Below, one piece after another: positions 54,144 through 64,000 of a DNA stretch of 64,000 nucleotides. Source of the DNA: the human T2T-CHM13v2.0 reference genome, Homo sapiens; assembly GCF_009914755.1 (NCBI RefSeq), contig NC_060939.1; one strand, 5' to 3'. Under the pieces are notes generated by a model that was not told the DNA's origin, did no database searches, and was given only the letters and a program-made list of their open reading frames with translations. Each line of letters starts with the position of its first letter. The first letter of the stretch is position 1. A program made the translations under genes and the position numbers.

Positions 54144-57100
54144 GGAGGTGGGGGGTTGGGATATCCAGAACCACCTCTAGCTCAGGCCCTTCCACCAGGA
54201 CCCAGCTGGCCAGGAAACCCCCCACCACTGGGATTAGCAGGACCCTGGAAGGGAGGCCCTTCCTGTGGTTCCATTGCTCACTCTAGGCAGTCCTCTGGCC
54301 AGGGAATGGACAGGCCAGGGCTGGGGAGGGGACAGGGACTCACCCAGGCCCAGTTTTCACACAGCTTCAGGGACATCCCCGGTCTCACTGTGGGAAGACT
54401 GAGACCCAGAGGGGAAAGAGCTTACCCAGGTTCACACAGCAAATCAGGGGCCAAGGCCACTCCCTCTACTCACTGGAGGTCAGAAAGCTGCCTGCGGGAT
54501 GTTGTGTAGCTGGGACTTCTCTTGACTGACTCCCAGCACAGCCCAGCCTCCAGCATGGGATCCTGTGGCATCAGGATTTTCAGTGGCTCCTGAGCCCAGA
54601 CTACAGATGGAGCCAGCCGGTGCCGTGGGTGCAATGGTTTGAAGACCCAATTTCCCCATCACCCTTCCCGCCCCACCTCACTTCAGCAGAGAGCTTGGGG
54701 TCGGGGGACTCACGGGGAGGCTCGACGGGCTCACAATCCTCGGTGCCACACAGCCGGGAGCTCACAAGGCCAGGCCTCGTGGCCACACTGGTCACTGTCT
54801 TCCTCGGGTAGCCCCGTCTGGGTGTTGACACACTTGACCAGTGTGTGACCACTGGATGCCACCACCACAGGGGCCTGAGCACTGGGGGGGAGCAGGGGAG
54901 GAATGAGTGTCTCCAGGGCCAGCCCTAGCAGTGGGGGCAGGGACACCTCCTCTGGGAAGCCGTCCCTGCGCCCTGTGCCTGACTGGTCTGCCCTTGCTCC
55001 CAGCCGCCCTCTCAGTGCCTCCTGGAGGACCTGTTCCCATTCCTAGAGCCCACTTGGTGCTGGAACCCCACTCTCACTTGTGGGATCGGCTGCTGCAGAG
55101 GGAAGGGGCATGAGAACCATGGGACAGCCCTTGGGGCGGCAGGGCAGTGAGCCCCTCACACGGGACATGCCTGAGAGGCCTGGGCAGGGGCCCCGGGATG
55201 GAGCCCTGATGCAGCAGTGAGCAGAGACGTGGGCGAGACACCGCTGTGCCCGAGGGACAGGGCAGAGGACCTGCCGCAGCCCATGGGCAGGAGGGGTGGA
55301 GACAATTTCACAGCCGGGGCCCAGCCCGCCAGGCTTTGTTGTTAACAGGTGCAGGTCTGAAAGCCCTAAACATGTGCTGAGTCTGTGCCAGTGTCGTGCT
55401 GTGCCCGGCCCTGTGCTTTGTTGCGTTCCTCCATTTAATCCTCCTGACCCTCCTCTCCCAAAGCGTCCCAATTTTACAGATGAGAAAACTGACCCAGCAA
55501 AGCAAAGCAACCTGCCCAGAGTCACTCAGCAGCCAGTCGGACAGACTCAAACGCTGGCCCAGCTGACTCCCGGACCCAGCTCAGGGCCCAAATCTGAGAT
55601 TTCTGAACCCCTCAGTTCCAAACAGGCCCAGCAGAAGGTGTCCTGCCCATACGAGGCCCCTCTTCTGCCCCCTTCTGCCGCTGGCCTTTGCTGGGCTCCC
55701 TGATCTCCCCAAGCTCATCATTCCTGCCTCAGACTTCACACCTGCTGTCCCCTCGATCCCTGTCCTTGGCATCACTGACTCCTCCCTCGGGTCTCAACCC
55801 CAGACCCCTCCTCGGAAGGCCTTCCCTGACATCACAGCACACATGCCCTTTCCTTGTCTGTTTCTCCCTGTCAGGTGTGAGCACCAGCATGGCAGGGCTT
55901 TGTCCAGTGACTGCTGCATGTGCAGGGGCCACAGACAGCCTGGCTCACAGCACACACTCCACAGCTCCTTCACCCAACCCAGGACTGACCAGGCGCTACC
56001 AAGCACTTGCTCCCTGCTCCCCCCCGCAGCCTGGCTCACCTGGCCCCAGGGCCCCACCACCCACTGTGTGCAGGGGTGGGTGTTGCAGGGCCGGGTGGTG
56101 TTGGGTCTCAGTGCCTCCTCGCAGAGGTCTGGCTCTGGGCAGGTCACCAGACGCTGCTGCTCACCACCGCCACAGGCCTCGGAGCACTGGGTGGGCAGGG
56201 AAGGAGTCAGGGCACAGCCAGGGTCTGAGGGTGTCCCCTCCCCCCAACTCAACGCCCAGGCCTCACCTCCCTCCAGGAAGACATGTACCAGCTGAGGCAG
56301 GGCTGGGCCCCGCAGGGCCAGTGCACAGGCAGCTTGGCAGGTCCAGGCTGACAATGGAAGGGCCACAGTGGCCAGAGGGCCCATGTGTCCACATGCTGCA
56401 TGTCCCACACTGAGGAACCTCTGCCACAGCTGTGGGAGCACTGGGGACCGAGAGACTTGTGTGGACACATCCCCACGTGCAGGCCCACAGGCGTGACCCC
56501 GTGAGGCGTGTGGCAGGAAAGGCATCAGACCCACGCCCCAGCCGGGGGCAAATCCCTGAAGAGCCCCAGCGAGAGGCCAAGGCTGGCAGGCCCCAGGCAA
56601 AAGGTGGCATGGCCAGGGGCTGCCATGGGCTGGGACAGACAGAGAAAGGGAGGAACAAGTCCAGATGGGGTCAAAGATACAGAGGAAAGGAGACAGGCCA
56701 AGCCAGACAAAGATGAGATGACTCCCAAGAGATTCGGAATCCGGTGCGATCAGGCACATAGACATGCAGCCTGGAGCCCTCCCCTTCCCTGCCGCTCTCG
56801 GAACACAGGCCGTGGGGAACCAGGGCTCCACCCCATGCCCTGGGGATGCCTGTCCTGGCTCCATCCTCATGCACCTTACTCCAGTTGCCTGAGTGCCAGG
56901 TGGCACAGGGCCACAGGTGGCAGCGGCGGGCAGGCTGGGGCCGGCCAGCGGGGTCGCAGTCCTCATCCCGGCTGGAGCTACAGCGCACCGGCCTCCAGAG
57001 GGCACCCAGGCCACAGGTGGTGGAGCACTGCGGGGCACAGACCCGTGAAAGCCAGGCAGAGCCCATCCTCGCCAGGCCTCCACAGCCAGGAAACTACCCA

Positions 57101-60100
57101 CCTAGGCTAGCAAGACCTCAGCAAGACAGGGGCCCTCTTCTGGGCCTCAGTTTCCTTATTTGCAAAATAGGCTCCTCCACCCACCTCCCAGGAAGACCAT
57201 GAGAATGAAAAGTCAAATCCCCCCAGCAACCAGCCGTCCCTGCTCACATGGGACAAAGGGCCTGTGTGCCAGTGTCATTGGTGCAGAGGTTCGGGGGAGG
57301 AGACCCTGTGGGCACCCCTGACCAGCTATCCTGACCAGCCTCGTCGCTTCCCAGAGGCACCAGGGAAGGAAGGCTGGGTCCTGGTACCAGCAGCCAAATC
57401 GCTGCCTGTCCCCGCGCAAAACAAGCCCTGTGGGCCTCAGCCTGCCCCTTCCCACCCCAAAATTAGGAATCTGAACAGAAGCTTGCTTCTCCTGCAGTGA
57501 CCATCTGGGGACCCAGGGAGGGGGCACTAGCCAGCTTCTTTCATGCAGCTCAGACGTCTGCAGGTCACTGCCAAAGGAGGGTGGAGCCACTGAGGGCAGA
57601 GCCAGGTAGCAGTGGGCTGAGTCCAGCCTGGAGGAGCCAGGCAGAGCCTCAGGGAAGCTGCTGCCTGCTGGGCAGGACTGGGCCTGGTGGCCACACAGGG
57701 ACCCTCCCCACTGCACAGCTGTCTGAGCCAGCTCCATCCTGGGGCATGCTGTGCTGCCAGAGTGTGCCTGCCCCTGCCTTCCCTGAGGCCCCCTGTGCTG
57801 CCCAGGAATGGGCCCCAGGTCCCCTCATTCCCCTAATCCTGGGAACCCCCGCCCCAAGGAAGGCGAGACAGACGGCGCCTGCGTCCCACTCTGCTCATTT
57901 TCAGATGAGGAAATAGTCACCAAGGTCCTGCGCAAACTCCCTGCCCGCCCAGCCCACACCACTTGCCTCGCTCCAGTTTCCCACTTGTCAGCCGGCGTTC
58001 CTGACAACCAACGGGTCCGTGGGGGGCCCCGCTTCAGCCAGGCTGGGAGGCAGTGGCTGGGTCTCAGGGGCTCTGTGGCTGTTGGCGGGGCTGTCCCAAG
58101 CTGGCATGGACAGCAGCCTAGAGCTCAGGGGCACCTCAGGGCTGAGGGACTCAGGCTGACCCTTGGGTCCTGGGTTCAGGGCAGGCTCAGGCGTGTGCCC
58201 GAGGTCAGTCAGGGTTGTGGGGAGGAAGGTCCCCCACACTGCCACAGTCTGAAGGTCCCATAAGCCTGGTCCTGGGGTTGGGAAGGTGGGAGTCCCCGGC
58301 TGCAGGGGACTGTCGTTGCCCTTCATCTCTGGCAGAGGGGCTATGGGAGGAGGAGGGAGAGAAGCCACCCCAACAGTGGGCCACAGTTCACTATCCACAG
58401 GCCCCAGGCCACCCTCCAGAGCTGACTCCCAGGCTACTGTCCCTCCTGTCCACAGCTCCGCCACGTCAGGACTAGGAGAGGAGTGGGTGCTGCTGACCGG
58501 GTACAAAGTGGGCAGCGTGGGGCTGGGTCTCGGGGGCAGGTGGGGTGCTCCGCAGCCCTCGGGTTCCTCATCATTTGAAAACCTCATTGGTCCTGTCCTG
58601 CCATGGAGAGGGCAGCTGGCTCTGGCTGTCCTTGCCAACTGGGAAATCATTTTGGCTCTCAGGGGCGGCAGGCATCTGCAGGCCATCAGTGGAAACCCTG
58701 GGCCAGGGCAGGCTGGGGAGCCCAAGATCTGGGGCCCCTATGGGGGTGTCTCCCTCAGGCAGGAAATGATCAAAGGGTTCCCAGGGGTCTGCTCTGAGGG
58801 TGGGGGTGGGGAGCGGCTGGCCTGGCTAGGCCAAGGGCTCGGGGACCAAGGTCCCGTTGCCCCTTCCTCCTTGGCTGCAGGAGGCTCTGTGGCAGGCACG
58901 GGGCTACCCGTGGAGGGCGCAGCAGGACGGCTGTGTGGTGGGGGCGTCCGATCCCCTGTCCCCGCCAGGTCTAGATCGGGCTCCTCAGAGGGCCCGTAGG
59001 ACAGAGCCTCGTGGAAGCTGATGAAATTGTAGTCGTAGTAGAAGTCGTCCACAAACACGGGCCCCGGCAGGTCCAGCTCTGGAGCCTCCTCCTCAATGGC
59101 GTTGCCCATGGTGCCTGGCTTGGGTGATGAGGCGGGTGAAGGGCGTGGGGCCAGGTGGCACGGGATGAAGTCAGCCTCGTTGAAGAGCTCGTGGCTGGAG
59201 GAGCCGCTGCCTGAGCCTTCAGGGCCCAGTGTGTCCAGGGGCCACCGACAGGGTGGCAGAGAGCAGGCGACTTCGCTGGCTGGCTGCTGGGCCTCGTCAC
59301 AGGGGACACCGGTGTCACTGATGCAGAGGACATTTCGGTGCTGAGTCCCTTCCTCATATGTCACTGAGCACTGCAGGGGAAGCCAGGGTGAGGGGCTTAG
59401 CCTGGGAGGCAGGCTGCCAGGGGACACTGGGGCAAGGCTGGGTAACCTGTCCACTGCCTGATGTCAGAGTGGCAGAGACCCCAGCCAGCCCTCTCTGGCC
59501 CTTCCCAGCTCAAGGCCATGACTGTGGCCATGCTTGCCAGGGGCTTCCTGATCCCTGAGGCTTTAGAGTCAGGGGCTGGACCCTGGAATGCCCAGGTTCC
59601 CTCCCACCCACAAGGTCTCCAGGAAGGCTGTCTGCCTCCCTGTAGCTGAAGACCAAGGGTGGGGCTGGAGGCGGGCACCTTCCCATCCCACACTCACCTG
59701 AGACCAGTTCCCCACAGCCTAGGTGGCCGGACAGGGCACATGGTGGTTGCAAGGGGTTTCAGTAGGGGGCCGGGGAAGGTGTTCACAGGCGGGTGGCTTC
59801 AGGGCGCTCTGCTCATCCAGCCCCACGCTGCGGATGCAGAGCACAGCCTGGCAGGAGAGGCCCCCAGGCCCGCAGGAGCTGGAGCACAGCTGCCACTCAC
59901 CTGCCCACCACCTGCTGAGGGCACACAGGTGTCATCAGTATGGCATCAGACAGGTGGCATTGGCAGGCTCACCAGCAGGGAGGGCCAGGCTGGGTTTCCA
60001 GGCCCTCGGGGTTTGGGCAGTGCCAGAAGCCAGTGGATGATTCTCCAGAGCTCCAAGCTCAGGTAAGTGTCCTGCCCTCAAAGTCTGGTGACAAGGCACA

Positions 60101-62017
60101 GCCCCTCCACTCCTGCCACCCTCCCCTCAGGGAAACTGAGCATGACCTGAGGCCTATTTCCACATCCAGGGACCCCAAGAGGAGGACCATAGGTGTCCAG
60201 GCTGGCCCAGGCTGGGGTGAGGGGTGACCGGGGGTTGGGGCTTCAGCCTTGGGAAGAGAATGAAAGCCCGGCTCCCTCTGCTCCTCCCCAGGGCCTCCGG
60301 GGACCCAGATGTAGGGGCCTGTGGCAGACCCAGGATGCCTGGGGGTGGGGAGTTGGTGGGGGATGGGGGCGGGCTCACCTGGCAGGGCAGGGCTGCTGGC
60401 TGCACTTCCGCTGGCAGTCATCGGGCCGGCCCAGGGGGTCACAGTGCTCCTCGTCCACGGGCCCTGCCTGCCGCTCCGAGCAGTACACACTCTGCCTCTG
60501 CACACCTAGGGGCCATGGTGCTCAGCCTGGGACTGGCACCCAGGTGCCCACCGCCCAAGACCCAAAGACACCCTCTCTGCCAGAACCCTCCCAGAACAGC
60601 GCCTTACTGCCCATGTCAGGATGCCTTACTGCCCATGTCAGGATGAAGGCAGACCTCCACCGTCGCCTCCTTGCTGTCCTCCCGGTTCTCACCCACCCCC
60701 TCTCCTATGTAGCTTCCCCTCTGACTGCCCCTGGAGGGGTGGCAGAGTGTGGAGGTTTAGTGGGTTGGGTGCCCAGACCCTCTGCATCCTAGCTGAGATG
60801 CCTGGGCAGCTCATTTGGCCTCTCTGAACCTCAGCGTCCTCCTCTGTGAAGTGGGAGCGACAATCCTGCCTCCTCCATGTCCTGGAGGGAGGACTGCATG
60901 TGTTCTTGCATGTGCAGGCTCGGCCCGTGCCCGGCACATCCTAAGAGCTCGATCCATGCCAGCTGCTGCTAGCATGCAAACCCAGCCGTGGCTCCTGCCA
61001 CCTTCCCCTCAGGGAAACTGAACGTGACCTGAGGCCTATTTCCACATCCAGGGACCCAAAGAGGAGGACCATAAGTGTCCAGGGTGGCCCAGGCTGGAGT
61101 GAGGGGTGACCGGGGGCTGGGGCTTCAGCCTTGGGAAGAGAATGAAAGACCAGCTCCCTCTGCTCCTTCCTGGGGTTGGCTTGGGTGATGAGGCGGGTGA
61201 AGGGCATGGGGCCAGGTGGCGCAGGATGAAGTCAGCCTCATTGAAGAGCTCATGGCTGGAGGAGCCGCTGCCTGAGCCTTCAGGGCCCAGTGTGTCCAGG
61301 GGCCACTGACACACGGTCCCACCATCCACACCCTTCCCAACGGCTCAGAGAATGTCTGGACAAGAAATGGGGCATCAATGGACAGCCCCTGCTCTCCATC
61401 CCCACACCAGCCTTGGCACTGCTCCAGTCCTTTACATCCTCTGCCACTGTCCAACCTGGGGACTTTGCACAGCCACGTTCCTCACCTTGGACACTCACTT
61501 CCATACTGCCTGTTGAGGCCCAGCTGCAGGACCCCGTCTGCTGGTGGCTCTGCCTTCTCTGCTCCACCCCCTGCCCCGTGGTCCCGAGAGTAAGTTGTCC
61601 CTCCCCTGAGCTGCCAGTCCCAAATCCATCCCCCTCTTTCCTCACCAACAGAGTCTGATTTTGTTCAAGGCAGCAGTGGGACCTGCTGAAAACACACCCC
61701 ACTGCCGCTCCCTTGCAACTAGGGGGGTCTGGGACACAGTCCTGGCTCAGGAGAAAAAGGCACAAGTCCCTCGCTGGGAGTCAGCCCTTTCCTCTCTCCT
61801 TCTTGCCTAGAATACTGCAAGAGCCCTGGAAGGGAGGACACCATCTGTGGCAAGCAGGAGTGGAGGGGAGGCTGCTATGGCAAGGATGGTGTGGCTGAGG
61901 GCCAGTCAGCTCCAGGTCCCGCCAGCTTGGACTGTGCACCTGGGACTTCCTGCCTGAGACAAAGAACCCCTGTCTCTTCCAGCCACCACAGGGCACTTGC
62001 CTCTGCAGACGCTCCTA

Positions 62018-62519
<502 letters not shown>

Positions 62520-62607
62520 TCATCATAATAGCATTTGAAGGAATGCTCAAACGTCTGTATATCAGATTCCCGATTCTGAGACCCTGAGGATACTGAGTGT
62601 CAACGAT

Positions 62608-63052
62608 GGGAAGACTGAGGGGGAAAGGGGAGGACTAAGAGACAAAGGGGGAGACTGAGGTGTGGGGAGATCGAGGAACAGCAGGGCAGACCGAGCAGGG
62701 GGAGGAAGACCAAGGGGCGTCGGGGAGGACTGGGGGGCTGGGGGGAGACCAAGGAATGGCGGGGGAGACCGAGCCGGGGGAGGAAGACTGAGGGGCGTGG
62801 CGGGGGTACTGGAGGGCCGGAGGGAAACTGAGGGATATTGGGGGGAGACCGAGGGGTATGGGGGCAGACCGAGGGGTATGGGGGGAGACCGAGGGGTATG
62901 GGGGGAGACTGAGAGGCATGGGGGGAGACTGAGGAGTATGGGAGGAGACGGAGGGGCAGAGGGGAGACTGAGGAGCAGTGGGGAGGAGACAAAGAGACAG
63001 AGAGGGGAGACTGAGGAGCATGGGGGGAGACTGAGGGAAATATGGGGAGGAA
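62608..63052. repeat. G-rich ~20-bp degenerate minisatellite (GGGGGAGAC(C/T)GAGGGGTAT-like)
   Basis: Repeated GGGGGAGAC(C/T)GAGG units with strong purine strand asymmetry. Confidence 0.85.
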
Positions 63053-64000
63053 GAGTCGGAGTTAATGAAATTGCCCTACTTTTCATAAATAGTTCAGGGA
63101 AATAAGTCATGTGGTGAGGGGCCTGGGCTGGTCTCCGGGACGCAGCAGAAATGCAGGCACAAAACCTGCCGGAGCTGAGCAAGGACAAAATCAAGGGGGA
63201 GCTGTGTCCACTGGAGGGAGAACGCCAAGAGCTGCAGCACACTGAGCACACGCCGCGAGCCAGCACCCACCTGCCTCATCCATTTACCCTCCCAGTGGGC
63301 CTGGGACATGGGGCGGTTGCTAGCCTCATCTCACAGATGGGGAACTGAGGCTCAGAGAAGCAAACTTCTAAACCCATGGTGGCCCAGCAGTGAGCTGGGA
63401 GCTGAAGCCGGTGTCCCTGTCCAGAGATGAAGCCCCTGCTGGCGGGGCTGTGCCTGCCCCACTTCTCACCTCTGCCACAGGTGACTGTACACTTGGTCCA
63501 GGGCCCACAGTGCCAGGAGAACTCGGGCGGCGGGACCTCGCCGTGGCCACCTGCCTCCCTGTGGATGGTGTACTCGTAGTGCACCCCAGGGTTGCTCTCC
63601 TGGAACAGCAGCTGGGTGGGCAGGCGGGGGCCCGTGAGCACGAGGTGTCTTCTCCATCCACCCAGTCTTAAAGGAGCTGACCCCAGCCACCTCTGTGAAC
63701 TGCAGCTACACAGTTGGGCCATCTTAAAGATGGGGAAACCGAGGTAGAGGCCTCAGCAGGAGGGTCTGGCTCAGAGCCAGGCTCTGTGACTAACCCAGGG
63801 CTCACTCCTCCAGGACGAGACCTACCATGGGAGGTGCTGGGCCTGGGGACTCCGCCTCTGCTCCCCACGCCTGGGCCTCGGGAGGCAGGCACCTGGATCC
63901 AGACAGGCTCCTTGGTGGGACCCGGGGACGTGAGGTTCTCCCAGTTGCCCCTGCGTGCGTATGTGACGGTGGTCCCTGCCACCTGGTAGTCCCCGTTCTA

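Noticed and set aside
55794-57101. 435-aa minus-strand ORF
   Set aside because: Chance read-through of GC-rich introns; only the 56186-56040 segment is in the ADAMTS7 frame.
62562-63266. Pro/Ser-rich ORFs
   Set aside because: Translations of the G-rich minisatellite.

Overview
Primate, almost certainly human, genomic DNA. It is a mosaic of chromosome-15 segmental duplications, and the gene order best fits the 15q25 GOLGA2P / GOLGA6L / ADAMTS7P cassette (probably the GOLGA6L3P-ADAMTS7P4 copy; the paralog assignment is inferred from recalled gene order). Left to right: 3' exons of a DNM1 pseudogene (+); the last six exons of a golgin (GOLGA2/6-type) pseudogene (-) ending at a truncated 7SL copy; about 24 kb of repeat-rich sequence with a full-length but defective ERV1 provirus (HERV-IP10/LTR10-like, tRNA-Pro PBS) and a solo LTR; a CpG-island first exon (-); a 9-exon GOLGA6L gene (+) with a 21-bp coding VNTR and an 8-nt frameshift; an AT-rich retroposed 3'UTR inserted at the golgin stop codon; the ancestral GOLGA2 3'UTR and DNM1 last exon, tail to tail; and exons 15-24 of an ADAMTS7 pseudogene (-). 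I see no intact protein-coding gene and no convincing new biological system. The most interesting signals are rearrangement scars readable from the sequence: templated insertions, a microhomology deletion, a stop codon created at a splice junction, a possible chimeric ORF, and mosaic LTR divergence. Homolog sequences were compared from memory, not by alignment.
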